64,000 bases of DNA from a virus. Below the pieces are notes generated by a model that was given only the letters and a program-made list of their open reading frames with translations, did no database searches and was not told the DNA's origin. Positions 20,243 through 31,537 of the stretch are shown in pieces. Positions within the stretch are counted from its first letter, which is position 1; each line of letters starts with the position of its first letter. The position numbers and the translations under genes were made by a program. The stretch is taken from positions 64,001 through 128,000 of IMG/VR virus record IMGVR_UViG_3300032282_005553; one strand, written 5' to 3'.

Positions 20243-21889
20243 ATGGGAACTCAAAATCGTTATAATTTTTTACCAAATGTTTTAGTTGGAATGAATTTTC
20301 AAAATTTTAGGAATTATGGAACACAACTACAGAGCGTCTTAGATTTTTCTCCTGCGTGGTGCGAAAGACCATATTCTTTACAGCCTAATATTAAATATGA
20401 TGTTTCAAATTATCCTAGAATGCAGTCATCTGTATTTTTAGAAACAAATAATATGCTAAAACGAGAGACTATGGATAGGTTTCAGCTGAAATCTATGATG
20501 AGTCTAGATGGATTATTCTCTCCGATATCTTTTTATCCAACTCCATACACAACAACATTTAGTATTACAAAGTATACAACAGAAAATTGTCCATTTTGTT
20601 ATGGTACAAAAATATATAATTATGTTGTCTATCCAGATAATATTGTTACTAATCTCAGAACGACTAATGCTACGTCTCTATCGAATAGTAGACAAGAAAA
20701 AACTATACCGTGTCCATTCTGCGAAACACAGTCTGTAAAAAATGATAAAGTATATAAAAGTTCTTCACCAGCCGAAGTTACTCCACCTTATATTATTGCA
20801 AGTGGAGATGATCTAAAAATAATATCAAAATTACCAGCTACAGGACTAAGCGGTAATCCTGTCATAAATTATACCACTTTAAATCCTATAGTATTATCTA
20901 TTGGTGAATTTAGTAATTTTCAAAATAAACAAATTAAAGATAGTACAGGACATTGTATCGATCTTGTTTCTAATGGAAGTGCTATTCCATACGGATTTGA
21001 TGATCTAAGACCTGGTAACTCTATTAGTATTGGAAAATCTTATATTGATTATGATCTTAATTTAAAAGAGTATGCTGATGCTGCTCGCGCTGCCGGAGTT
21101 AATATTCCTCCAGTGCCAGATCAAATACAATCTAATACCAGATTTTTTGGATTAAGAGGACCAGTAATGCTTCATGCTTGGGGATATGATTTAGAAGGAT
21201 ATCCGGTACCAAATTCTTCTGGCGAACCACTAATACGCAATGGTGCTATTACTAGGGATGCTCAAAATAATATTATTGGCAAAAATCAAAAACAAAAATC
21301 TGATGGAACTTGGACAAAACCATATAAAGAAAATACATTTTACAATGGCTGGGCTCAACAACCAGGAACGTGGCCCGTTGGGCCGATAGATTTTAGATGG
21401 GATGAAGGTGCTGGATTATGGACTGTTGGATCCAACTATAAAGATTTACATATTGTTATTGAAGAAGATATGGTTGGCACAAATCCTGTTAGAGGTCAAA
21501 TAATAGACAGTGCTTTTGATAATTCTCCACTACCAGATGATCTCAGAAGATTGGTTTTTGTAAAAGATAGTATAGGCATTTACTCTGCTCCAAGAGGTGC
21601 GGCTGTTTATTGTAAATATAATTCTAATAATGGTTTTTATGAACCAATAGGACACAGACCTTTCACAACATCTGGCACCATAACATCATCTAATACAGTA
21701 GACATATATAAGATATATACAAAACCAAATAATCCAAATATAAGACTTTCCGAAGATCCAAAACTAGAAGTATATAATACAACATTTAAAAATCCATTAA
21801 AATTTGATGTATCAATTAACGATGTAGCTTTATTCAATTTTATTGATGGTGCTTGGGTTGTGTACGCATATAATGCTGGAGCCTGCTAA
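20243..21889 (+). CDS. Putative virion structural protein with two CPFC motifs
   Basis: 548 aa; CPFC...CPFC pair; stop overlaps the next start (TAATG). Confidence 0.5.
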   Translation: MGTQNRYNFLPNVLVGMNFQNFRNYGTQLQSVLDFSPAWCERPYSLQPNIKYDVSNYPRMQSSVFLETNNMLKRETMDRFQLKSMMSLDGLFSPISFYPTPYTTTFSITKYTTENCPFCYGTKIYNYVVYPDNIVTNLRTTNATSLSNSRQEKTIPCPFCETQSVKNDKVYKSSSPAEVTPPYIIASGDDLKIISKLPATGLSGNPVINYTTLNPIVLSIGEFSNFQNKQIKDSTGHCIDLVSNGSAIPYGFDDLRPGNSISIGKSYIDYDLNLKEYADAARAAGVNIPPVPDQIQSNTRFFGLRGPVMLHAWGYDLEGYPVPNSSGEPLIRNGAITRDAQNNIIGKNQKQKSDGTWTKPYKENTFYNGWAQQPGTWPVGPIDFRWDEGAGLWTVGSNYKDLHIVIEEDMVGTNPVRGQIIDSAFDNSPLPDDLRRLVFVKDSIGIYSAPRGAAVYCKYNSNNGFYEPIGHRPFTTSGTITSSNTVDIYKIYTKPNNPNIRLSEDPKLEVYNTTFKNPLKFDVSINDVALFNFIDGAWVVYAYNAGAC

Positions 21890-24800
21890 TGGGATGCTCA
21901 TGTAGTATATATAAAAAATCTTTATTTTTAGATGCAAAAATAGAAACTTTTAATATAGAAACTTCGTGGCTAAAGAATCTTATCCCATCATTTGAGGCAA
22001 GAACCAGTGGATTATGGTTGCCTATAATTATTAAACCAAATAATTCTAATATAGAATATACAGATATTTTTACGCGAGCAGAATCTGAACAAGGATTATT
22101 TGATCCTTGTAATTGTAGCATATCTGAGAATACGGTAGACGATCCGGAAAATGACCAAACATATTGTTCATATTGTTCAACAGATATTAATAATTCTTAT
22201 TCTATTGGTACATGGAAACTAACTGATAAACTGAGTGGGAAAAACGTTAGTGTTGGTGCGGCTACTTGCTGTGATGGAGCATGTGATGTTAGAATTTCTA
22301 AAGATGATTATCTAGCCAAGTTGCCATCCATGAATTCTAGTTATCTCAAACAACCATATGACCTTAAATACAAAAAACAATTTCCAGCATGTTCAAATCT
22401 GGGATTGGGTAAAGAAAAATTTGCCTATTCTACATCATACGATTCATTTAAAGCTGAGGGACCAGAAATTGTTATAGATTGGAAAATAAAAGAAAGATTG
22501 TCTGAAATACCACCAAATGATATAGACTCATATCACAAAGATATAGACACCCATGAAAAATCATATAAGAGATCGCTGATAACAAGTAAAACATGCGGTA
22601 ATTTTATTTTGACAAAATTGAGTTCGGAGTCAGGAAACAATCCGTATTATCCATTATTTAGTGGTATTATTGGAGATATACAAACAACCGGCAATTACTC
22701 TAAACTCTTACCATCTGTTAAAAATTTTACAAAACCGTACGGGTTCAAAAACCAAGATCACTATAATATTTTTGTAAAAACAGAAAAAGTGGGTTCTCAT
22801 TGGAAATGGAATTATAGCTCCGGTGTGTTATGCTGGTATAGATATTTTGATGTTGATGCGACTGTAGATGATAGGCTAATTAGAGGTGTTGACCTGTATA
22901 TATCAGATGGCGATGTTTTTTATGCCACAAACGATGGACCAGAAAATAGCTCATCGTCGTATAATGAAAATAATCCATCAAATAATGAAATACATCAATG
23001 TCCGTCAGGATTAAAATTAGTTAAAAATTCTAGAGTAACAGGAATACTCCCTAATAATTCTGAATTCTTGTATATATCAGAAAATATTTATGGTAAATTT
23101 TATAGTATCCTTAATAAAATAGAAGATCTTGAGGTATCATTAGATATTGATAATTCAAGCAAATTAAAACCTCTGAAAAAATTGGAGCTAGCTGCACTAT
23201 TGGCAACTGGACCAAATTATCACGAAGTAACCGTCGATCTGTTAAAAACTGTACAAGACATAGATGACGCCACTAAAGATTATGAAAGAGATCCATTCAA
23301 ACAGATAATAAGCTTCAATAAGGCGATGTTGTCAAAACCACAGTATAAGTTAAATAAACTAAATATTGTAAAAACATCTGAAGATTTAGTAAATACTTTA
23401 GCTAATAAATACGGTGCTTATATATGGTTCCCGCCAAATACAGAAAAAAAGCTAGAATTATTGAAGTCATGTCAACCTCATGCCTATTTAGATCTGGATT
23501 TTGAACCAGTCGTTAAAGATAGTGATACTCGTTTTACAACAGAGTGCAAATCAAAACCACCAGAATGTGGAGAAACAGTTGTTTCGAAAACTTTCGCCTA
23601 TAACCAAGAAATAAAAGTTGGTAATTTTGTTTTTAAAACAGATGTAGATAAGCGATACAAGAGCTATGCATGTACGAGTGGTAATTTTACTATAGATAAA
23701 ACAGCAAATATTATTAGTGCTTATTTTAATAATAACTTAATTAAGGAAAGCTATTACGGTAGTGGATGTACTAGATTTTATCAAAAATATTTAAGAGTAC
23801 CATCATATGACCTAGCCTATAAAAAACTAGGAGACTCATTGTGTGAGGATAACGAACTTTGTGATAGTAGACTATCAAAAATATACAATAAGCCATCAGG
23901 AGAATTCGAAGATAAGTCTGTAATTTTAGACAGAAGATATCCAGCAAATTATTGTAACTCAAATGTTGATAGAATTAGTTTCAATAAACAAGGTGGCTTA
24001 TATTATGATAGTAATATTTTTGGATCAGATAATGTAGTCTTTGTTTCAACATATGGTTCTGAGAACGGTAATTACTCTGTGTCTTTTAAAACAAAAGACG
24101 TTGGTATTAAGTTATATAATTTAGAAATTTGTAAATTACGCGATGAAAAGAATGCTGGATGTAAAACATTTCCGCTCAACCAAGCCTGCAAATGTTTTCC
24201 ACTAAGTTATGTTGACGGATATAGATATAATTGCAATGGTACGCTAACTTTCACCAATAGTTTTAACATACTCTATACTCCAAATTTATCAACACAAAGT
24301 AGTCCTGTTATTAAAAGCTATGGAGGATTTTCTATTCAAGAAGTAGATCAAATACTGGGCTTAGGAAATAGAATACAAAACCATCCTTCACCAAATACTG
24401 ATCTATCAAAAGTAAATAGAATTATTGATCCATTGCATCCGTACGAATGTCAAGAAACTATCACAGTAAATTTTCCAAATTATATTTATACAAAATGGGG
24501 GATAACATTACCGACCCAATACAATACATCACACGCAGATATATGGATGAAAATCAATGAAACCGTTGATTTATTCAAGCCAATCAATACTTTTTTGGAC
24601 GAAGAAGATGAGTTAGTTTCTGAGCCAAATAAAAATTATCGTAGATTTACTACTAAAGTAGATATCAATAAAAGTACAATATATGGCAGTCAACAAAATA
24701 TCTTATTCTCAAAAGATACTACGCCAAGTTTTGTTAATATAGAATTTACAAATCCATTTTTATATTCATTATTGTCTCAAATATCAAGCGATATTAATAA

Positions 24801-27800
24801 AAACAAAATTCTATATACCCCATTGCCCTGCTCGTTGGATGTAAATAGGAATCAGACTCAGGATCCATTTGATTCATATTTAATAAAATCAATATCAATT
24901 ATTTTTCAAAGATTACCTAGAAAGCAATTTTTAGCATATAAATTTAAACCATTAAATTCTATCGGAACATTAAACAAAACTTTCTTCCATCCAAACAGTG
25001 GATTAGTATCAGATTTTGCAGACAACAAGACTTCGCTACTATTTAATAGTGGCATATGTACTTTTGATTTCGATTATGAAAGACAACTATTTAACAATGG
25101 TTCTACCAGGTATTCAGACAGTGGCATAATATATAGTGGTGTCATAACTACACAAGTTAAAAGAATACTGAATTCAGTTGATAATTTATTAAATCATAAA
25201 AAATTACGTTTATATATAAAATATAATAATGTTTGGTACGAATACACAAATCCACATATTTTTGGATATTATAATCAAATAAACAACACAGTTTATCCAT
25301 CCTATCCTATGTTTTTTGAGTACTCCAAAGAAGAGAAATATAAAACACAACTTAACATATCTGTACCAGTCAATAGCAGAGTATCAGATGTGACTACTCT
25401 GGTAACAACTGAACCATCAATTTTGATCCCGGCTTCGGCAAAAAAGAACATTGAATTCAAATATGTCTATAACGCATTTAACCATCAGCCAAAAATTGAA
25501 TCAAGTAATAATCAAAATATACCACTATTAAATAGTATAATTTCTGTATTGCCCAATAATAATTATCCAGTATTTGATGAAACTTTTGCAATAGACAAGA
25601 ACTCAAACAATAAAATTATTATACCTGGTACAAGAGCGTATTTTTTAATAGAGGAAGAAGACAAAGCAGAAAAAATATTGACTACTATTCAAAATATGTC
25701 AGAAACTGATCAAGAAAAAATCCATAAAAACACATTTGTCATAGATGTAAATAAAACTAGATTCAGATATAAAGGAGAAGACTCAAAAACTGACGAAAAA
25801 TCTTATGAAAAAGTTCCCCCAAGAGACTACAGAGATAATAATTTTTCTGAAGAATACATCAAATATAGTAAAACAAATAAGGCCGGATATGTAGCTAATA
25901 CTAATGTTCCTACAAAACTGACTGAAATTATCTTATTATCATTTAATAATCCATATCTATTATATAGATATAAAGTTAAAAGTAAAAAAATTATTGCTCC
26001 AAAAGGAGATAAATATGGTAATGATATCTCAATATTCGCAACATTAAAATCAAATGAATACTTAAAAACATTTACCGTTTTAGAATTGGATGGAGTCTGC
26101 GAGGAATGTGAAATACCTCTTAAGGAAGGATATGTAAAGCTTGTCGATCCCGATGGTTCAACTGCAACACCGGAATCAATTATACTATTCCAAGACTTAA
26201 AGAACTTGGTTAAGTCTGAAAATGATTCGTTTCTGAGTAATAGATTTATTCAAACCAAATGGGGAGATGTATTAAGATATGACGAAAATGTATTCCAGGA
26301 TTTAAATAATTCATTAACGGTATCGAATACAATCAAGAATTTATATCCATCTTCTTTGTATGATAATATATTTCATAATATTTCTATTAATAATACTAAC
26401 ACTGGAAACTTTAACGCTTTTATAGTAAGTAGGGGGACAGGAGACGGTTCATCGGTGAGTGGAGCATTGAATCACTCTGGATTAGTATACTATAATATGC
26501 ATCAAATATATAATATTGGATTAAATAAATATTTAGAAAATATTGTTAGTAATTATCAAAATTATCTTCCTTTTCTTGATATTAATTTTTTCAATTCTAA
26601 TTATATTAGATCTCAGTCTTGGTTTAATAATATTACGAATAACTACGAAAATAATCTTGTGAGTGCTGGAGAAATATATATCAGTGGAATAAGAGAGTAC
26701 GTGCAAACAAAAGAACTTAAAAATAATCCAGAATCAGGATCAACATTTTTCATATCTATAGATAAAAATCAATACCTACAGCCGGTATTATTCAATAATA
26801 ATTTTTATTACGATAGTTTAAGAGTTGATGACGTATATTATCGTTTAGCGTCATTATCTAAAGAAGAGGCTTATAATAACAGTGGTTGTAGATCTATTTT
26901 TAAACCTAGTATCTCTTTTGGCGCAACCACATTTCCTCATTTTTTTAATACGTCGGCATTTTGTATTAGTCCAATCACTGGTCATTATTTTGAAAATATT
27001 CCAATTTATTGTGATATGGATAAAATTGGAAAATGTGCAAATGAACAGTGCGGATTAAAAACAGTGGGATGGACAAAGCTAAGAGCAGGATATAATCATT
27101 ACGAGTATCCATTTATTACTGCCAAAGTTCTGGAATCTTCCAGTAATGTAGAGTATGCTCTATCAGTTGACGAAGGACTGTATAATGTAATCGGTAATGA
27201 TAGTATGCCATATATACAGCGTTTTGAAATAGAACCAAAATCAAATCTGTTTCCGGATACAACTCTTGATAAAAACAATACATGTATAAAAGGAAATGAT
27301 GCTCGTCCACCACGACCACAGAACTATATAGATCATGAATATCAAAATAAATTAAAAAACTATATTTTATCTGAAGATAATAAAGGAGATCTTGTAAAAA
27401 ATACTGATATATTGGCTAACGAGATGCTATTTAGAACTATTTATGGAGCCAAACAGCAAATAGAATATGATACGATTAAGAAGAAAACAGTCAAAGAAGC
27501 TATACAATATAAAACTGAAAAATCTATATCTTATCTTTTACAGTATGCCGAACCAAAAACAACACCAGATCTGATTTATAAATTAATACCATATGATTAT
27601 TCTACTCAAAGTGATACATCAAAAAGAAAAATACAAGGAACCATATCTATAGACGGAGTTTTAAAGATAGGTAAAAATGTATCAGTAAAAATTGGAAATG
27701 CTACGTTATCAGTATCTGTACAAAAAATAGAAGGTAAAATTTATGCGATAGGATCTTTGAATGGAATTACTGCTAGCGGAATGATCCATGATGAAGATAA

Positions 27801-30021
27801 TATTCAGTACGGTTTAGTTCCTTGGTCTACTAGATCATCGCCCGGAAACACAGAGAACACAAGATATAGAAAACTACAAAGATGTGATATACCAGATACA
27901 TATAGTTGGTCTAAAAGCAAACATTTTACAACAATGAAATATTCAGATGGAATTAAAACTGTAGATGTTGTTGCCGAGTATTTAAAATGCATGACTAAGC
28001 TGGTACAAGAAAAAACATGTGTAGATAGAATAGATTGGGGTGGAAATCCTCCAGATGGGTCTGTGCTATCTGGTGGAATTGTAGACTGCGTGGGTAGTCC
28101 ACCATGTGTAGGATGTTACAGTAGAGGGTATGCTCCAGGACCTGGTCAATATGTGGTATTTGGACAAGTAGAAGCAGACCCTAGAACCTCTGTACTTTCC
28201 GGTGGTTCTACGACACCACCAGTGAGCACACAACCATCAAATTTAGGGGTTAATGGAGGAGCAGCCAGAGAAGGTAGTTTAGAAATTTTTAATTCTATGT
28301 CTCCTAACTGTACGGTTATAACGACCAGAAGTTCCAAAGTTTCAGTCGGCGGATTGGGTAGGGGTAGTTTTGGTAACGGATCTATTTTTGGAGACTGTCC
28401 CGTTAGACAAAATGCATCCATAAGCACAAGCCCATGTCAATTGGGTGGGGATTTTGATAGTGTGCTTGGTGGTTTGGCTGTTATGAATCTATTTGGTCAC
28501 AGAAACTGCACTACTGCTCCCTCTCCATGCAAAGGGGCTTGCACTCCATTGGATTTTGAAGACAAATATGGAAAAGTTAATACTCCTGCAAGATATGCTA
28601 CTGGTCCAGATGGTTCAAGGTATCCGATTTGTGAATGCGCTAACTATAATTATGGGTATTGTGGTATACCTGATACGACCTGTAGTTGTCCAGAATATTA
28701 CCGTGGATTTCCAAAAATATTTGAATATGATTTTGAATATTGCAACTATAATTTCACTAAAATGAGAGGCAATATATGGAAACATGAGGACGGAGAACCT
28801 CCTGTATGGGGTGGTACACTTTTAGATATAGAATGCAAACAGGCAGACTTAGACTATGGTAACGCTACCGGAGAAGCCACGGAAGAATGCTATTGGGTAG
28901 AATGTTTATCTCCCTCAGAAAGCAAGGATATCTATGAAGCTATAACAACTAATCCAAATCCATATAAGCCATTATGTCCTACAAATTTATGTAGTATTAG
29001 TTATGATAATAATACTATTACATTAAGTTTACCAGGATCAACTACTTGTTTTAATAATAATATAAGAACAAAATGTCCTGAAATAACAATCACGCTACCT
29101 GATTCAACATTCACTTTTACGGACACTATTACTAGTGAATGTACTGAATGTAGCGTTGAAAAAAATGCAATTAAAACACCAACATCTCAAAATCCGAAAT
29201 GGGATATTATTACAGAAACTAGAACAGCTATTTTAAATTGGACATTGCCTATAGAAGGAGATAAAAATATTGACGCTATGGGCGGAGGTGGAGCCGTTTA
29301 TGTGGACAAAGACATATGTGGAGACACTGGGCCTTGTTGCTGTGATAATTGCTATAGGGGAACAGGAGGAATGATACAGTGTGGTCGATCCGCTCCGGAT
29401 AGTTGGGTTTGGTGGCATGGTTTGGCATGTAATCTAAATGGTTCTCCAGACCCCCAGTTCGCCCCATGCAAAAAAAGAGAAGGACAGGTTGGTATGAAAA
29501 ATTTACGATCAGGCATAGGCTTTTATACTGGATCAGATAATGGTAAAGTTAAAGCTAGAGTAATACAAGATTGGAAAAATCAAGTTGCTGCAATATATAA
29601 AACTTACGCGCCATGCTTTAATCATAAAGATGGCAGCATAAATGTGGAAGATTTAGTAGAGGGCGTGGTTCCTGGCTCTTGTTCTGATTTACAGTTTGCT
29701 GTAGCTAGTTATCCAATGGTGGCATGGAGAAAAACACTAGATGGAGGAGAACAATCTCAAGGAACTTATGGTGTTCATTATGCATACTTTACATATCAAT
29801 ACAGAAGACCGCGTACTATACAGGATGTATTATTAGGAGAAGAAATTAGTAATAAATGTAGTACAGCAATTCCGATACTACCTACAGATGGTTATAATAT
29901 AACAGAAAAATATGAAATAAAAAATTGTGATACTATACCAAATTGTTATGATACTAAGCCGGATGTATGCGACAAGGAACATTATTGCTGTAGAACAGGG
30001 CAAAATAGAAGGGATATTTAA
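21889..30021 (+). CDS. Giant cysteine-rich protein, probably virion-associated
   Basis: Uninterrupted 2710-aa ORF; Cys clusters at the N-terminus (MGCSCS, CNC, CSYC, CCDGAC) and dense through the last ~700 aa. Confidence 0.6.
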   Translation: MGCSCSIYKKSLFLDAKIETFNIETSWLKNLIPSFEARTSGLWLPIIIKPNNSNIEYTDIFTRAESEQGLFDPCNCSISENTVDDPENDQTYCSYCSTDINNSYSIGTWKLTDKLSGKNVSVGAATCCDGACDVRISKDDYLAKLPSMNSSYLKQPYDLKYKKQFPACSNLGLGKEKFAYSTSYDSFKAEGPEIVIDWKIKERLSEIPPNDIDSYHKDIDTHEKSYKRSLITSKTCGNFILTKLSSESGNNPYYPLFSGIIGDIQTTGNYSKLLPSVKNFTKPYGFKNQDHYNIFVKTEKVGSHWKWNYSSGVLCWYRYFDVDATVDDRLIRGVDLYISDGDVFYATNDGPENSSSSYNENNPSNNEIHQCPSGLKLVKNSRVTGILPNNSEFLYISENIYGKFYSILNKIEDLEVSLDIDNSSKLKPLKKLELAALLATGPNYHEVTVDLLKTVQDIDDATKDYERDPFKQIISFNKAMLSKPQYKLNKLNIVKTSEDLVNTLANKYGAYIWFPPNTEKKLELLKSCQPHAYLDLDFEPVVKDSDTRFTTECKSKPPECGETVVSKTFAYNQEIKVGNFVFKTDVDKRYKSYACTSGNFTIDKTANIISAYFNNNLIKESYYGSGCTRFYQKYLRVPSYDLAYKKLGDSLCEDNELCDSRLSKIYNKPSGEFEDKSVILDRRYPANYCNSNVDRISFNKQGGLYYDSNIFGSDNVVFVSTYGSENGNYSVSFKTKDVGIKLYNLEICKLRDEKNAGCKTFPLNQACKCFPLSYVDGYRYNCNGTLTFTNSFNILYTPNLSTQSSPVIKSYGGFSIQEVDQILGLGNRIQNHPSPNTDLSKVNRIIDPLHPYECQETITVNFPNYIYTKWGITLPTQYNTSHADIWMKINETVDLFKPINTFLDEEDELVSEPNKNYRRFTTKVDINKSTIYGSQQNILFSKDTTPSFVNIEFTNPFLYSLLSQISSDINKNKILYTPLPCSLDVNRNQTQDPFDSYLIKSISIIFQRLPRKQFLAYKFKPLNSIGTLNKTFFHPNSGLVSDFADNKTSLLFNSGICTFDFDYERQLFNNGSTRYSDSGIIYSGVITTQVKRILNSVDNLLNHKKLRLYIKYNNVWYEYTNPHIFGYYNQINNTVYPSYPMFFEYSKEEKYKTQLNISVPVNSRVSDVTTLVTTEPSILIPASAKKNIEFKYVYNAFNHQPKIESSNNQNIPLLNSIISVLPNNNYPVFDETFAIDKNSNNKIIIPGTRAYFLIEEEDKAEKILTTIQNMSETDQEKIHKNTFVIDVNKTRFRYKGEDSKTDEKSYEKVPPRDYRDNNFSEEYIKYSKTNKAGYVANTNVPTKLTEIILLSFNNPYLLYRYKVKSKKIIAPKGDKYGNDISIFATLKSNEYLKTFTVLELDGVCEECEIPLKEGYVKLVDPDGSTATPESIILFQDLKNLVKSENDSFLSNRFIQTKWGDVLRYDENVFQDLNNSLTVSNTIKNLYPSSLYDNIFHNISINNTNTGNFNAFIVSRGTGDGSSVSGALNHSGLVYYNMHQIYNIGLNKYLENIVSNYQNYLPFLDINFFNSNYIRSQSWFNNITNNYENNLVSAGEIYISGIREYVQTKELKNNPESGSTFFISIDKNQYLQPVLFNNNFYYDSLRVDDVYYRLASLSKEEAYNNSGCRSIFKPSISFGATTFPHFFNTSAFCISPITGHYFENIPIYCDMDKIGKCANEQCGLKTVGWTKLRAGYNHYEYPFITAKVLESSSNVEYALSVDEGLYNVIGNDSMPYIQRFEIEPKSNLFPDTTLDKNNTCIKGNDARPPRPQNYIDHEYQNKLKNYILSEDNKGDLVKNTDILANEMLFRTIYGAKQQIEYDTIKKKTVKEAIQYKTEKSISYLLQYAEPKTTPDLIYKLIPYDYSTQSDTSKRKIQGTISIDGVLKIGKNVSVKIGNATLSVSVQKIEGKIYAIGSLNGITASGMIHDEDNIQYGLVPWSTRSSPGNTENTRYRKLQRCDIPDTYSWSKSKHFTTMKYSDGIKTVDVVAEYLKCMTKLVQEKTCVDRIDWGGNPPDGSVLSGGIVDCVGSPPCVGCYSRGYAPGPGQYVVFGQVEADPRTSVLSGGSTTPPVSTQPSNLGVNGGAAREGSLEIFNSMSPNCTVITTRSSKVSVGGLGRGSFGNGSIFGDCPVRQNASISTSPCQLGGDFDSVLGGLAVMNLFGHRNCTTAPSPCKGACTPLDFEDKYGKVNTPARYATGPDGSRYPICECANYNYGYCGIPDTTCSCPEYYRGFPKIFEYDFEYCNYNFTKMRGNIWKHEDGEPPVWGGTLLDIECKQADLDYGNATGEATEECYWVECLSPSESKDIYEAITTNPNPYKPLCPTNLCSISYDNNTITLSLPGSTTCFNNNIRTKCPEITITLPDSTFTFTDTITSECTECSVEKNAIKTPTSQNPKWDIITETRTAILNWTLPIEGDKNIDAMGGGGAVYVDKDICGDTGPCCCDNCYRGTGGMIQCGRSAPDSWVWWHGLACNLNGSPDPQFAPCKKREGQVGMKNLRSGIGFYTGSDNGKVKARVIQDWKNQVAAIYKTYAPCFNHKDGSINVEDLVEGVVPGSCSDLQFAVASYPMVAWRKTLDGGEQSQGTYGVHYAYFTYQYRRPRTIQDVLLGEEISNKCSTAIPILPTDGYNITEKYEIKNCDTIPNCYDTKPDVCDKEHYCCRTGQNRRDI

Positions 30022-30023
30022 TT

Positions 30024-30494
30024 ATGAATAATAGTCCATATTGTGATCTAATAGATACAAATACTGTATTCAATAATAAAAAAGTTTATAGGTGCTCATA
30101 TTGTGGAATTCAAATTGGATTAGATAATATTGATACAAAAATGATTTGTTTTAAAAAAATGCAAGATTATTCATTGTATGTCAGACAAATTGTTCGACCA
30201 AATCAAGATGCAACAGTATCAGAATTGAAGCCCGGAGAAATTGCACAGGATTTGGTACTTAACAATCTATTGGAAAAACAAACAATAGAACAAGAAAACC
30301 AAAATAATCCATCAAATTTATGCACAGATAATGAGATAGAGAGCAGATTATCTATTTGCAGAACATGTGAATTCTATCAAGATGATACATGTTCATTATG
30401 CGGATGTCATATAGTTAGAGAAGCAAATCATATGAACAAGTTGGCGCATAAAGATCAAGCGTGTCCAGCAGGAAAATGGGGTCCAATCTACTGA
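30024..30494 (+). CDS. Small Cys-rich metal-binding protein (DUF6171-like C-terminus)
   Basis: RLSICRTC...CSLCGC...CPAGKW pattern plus N-terminal CSYCG. Confidence 0.6.
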   Translation: MNNSPYCDLIDTNTVFNNKKVYRCSYCGIQIGLDNIDTKMICFKKMQDYSLYVRQIVRPNQDATVSELKPGEIAQDLVLNNLLEKQTIEQENQNNPSNLCTDNEIESRLSICRTCEFYQDDTCSLCGCHIVREANHMNKLAHKDQACPAGKWGPIY

Positions 30495-31537
30495 TTTCTT
30501 TTATAATCAAACTGAAATACATTTACGATACCATTTTGTGGACTTATTTGTATTTGTTTGTCTGTAACTTTATCATCAACCCTTATTCTTATTCTTACTG
30601 TTGTGCTATTAATTTGACACCATTGTCTATAATGATGTACATAAACTATATAGTGTGCATCTGGTGCTCTTCCAGGTGGCCAGAAAATGTTTTCTACTGG
30701 CCTATGTGTAGTTGGCATAGCGTTCATATCTATGTCTAACATACCCATATTAGGTCCTGCTCTATTTTGAAAATTTATTGTGGCCAATGCCCCAAAATCT
30801 GTTGTCATACATACTCCAACATCTATATCATTTAAATCATCCCAAGCAATTGATATTTGTATATCTCCTGTTTTTGCACCAGCCATCGCCAATCTTTTTT
30901 CAAATTCATCACCACCTTTTCCTGCTCCACGCCCAATACCACTACTATTTCCGGTAAACTTACCTGTCTTCCCTCTCGATGGAGGAGGAGGGGCCGGTTC
31001 TCTATCTAGACCAAGTCCTTTGATCACATCGTTCAAATTATTGTCCTGATCCGATTCTGCAACACTATTTTTTGGTTGTGATGTTGTGGAATCTTCATTT
31101 TTGGATTCTTCATTTTCTTGTATAGACAAAGTTTCGTCAATCGAAGAAAGAGCATTTAAGTCTATTGGTTCCTCGGTCATTGGTTGAGCTATCGTATCGT
31201 CAACTAATTCGTTTATATCGGGTTCTAGAAGTTCTGGCTCATCAGATGCTACTTCTGTTTCTTCTGTTATTGGAGCATCGTCGATCATTTGTTCTGGAAC
31301 AAGAGAAACTTCCTCTATATTTAGAGCAATTTCTTCTGTGGCCTCAAATGACATAGTGATAGATATTGGCTTAACAGGACTTTCTGTCTTGATAAAGAGA
31401 ATAGCTAAAAATAACAAGAGTATTACATTGAAACAGAGGCTCTGTAATACGCCTGTTAGCCAAATATCTTCGCAGATTTTTATTTCTTCGTCAGTTAAGT
31501 ATTTGCTGAATCCTGATTTTTTTGCCATTTGTGCCAA
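30488..31537 (-). CDS. Membrane-anchored protein with acidic linker and YfaP/DUF2135-like C-terminal domain
   Basis: TM helix LCFNVILLLFLAILFI; acidic Pro/Gly linker; GDIQISIAWDDLNDID...LDIDMN...PVENIFWP...YIVYVHHY. Confidence 0.7.
   Translation of the reverse strand: MAQMAKKSGFSKYLTDEEIKICEDIWLTGVLQSLCFNVILLLFLAILFIKTESPVKPISITMSFEATEEIALNIEEVSLVPEQMIDDAPITEETEVASDEPELLEPDINELVDDTIAQPMTEEPIDLNALSSIDETLSIQENEESKNEDSTTSQPKNSVAESDQDNNLNDVIKGLGLDREPAPPPPSRGKTGKFTGNSSGIGRGAGKGGDEFEKRLAMAGAKTGDIQISIAWDDLNDIDVGVCMTTDFGALATINFQNRAGPNMGMLDIDMNAMPTTHRPVENIFWPPGRAPDAHYIVYVHHYRQWCQINSTTVRIRIRVDDKVTDKQIQISPQNGIVNVFQFDYKRNQ

Noticed and set aside
21889-30021. Eukaryotic or giant-virus origin suggested by the Cys-rich protein
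   Set aside because: Shine-Dalgarno sites, sigma70 promoters, overlapping operons and DnaE/DnaB/DnaG/RecA/SSB all indicate a bacteriophage.
30488-30494. Terminator at the convergence of the two arms
   Set aside because: The two genes overlap by 7 nt at their 3' ends and I see no convincing hairpin.
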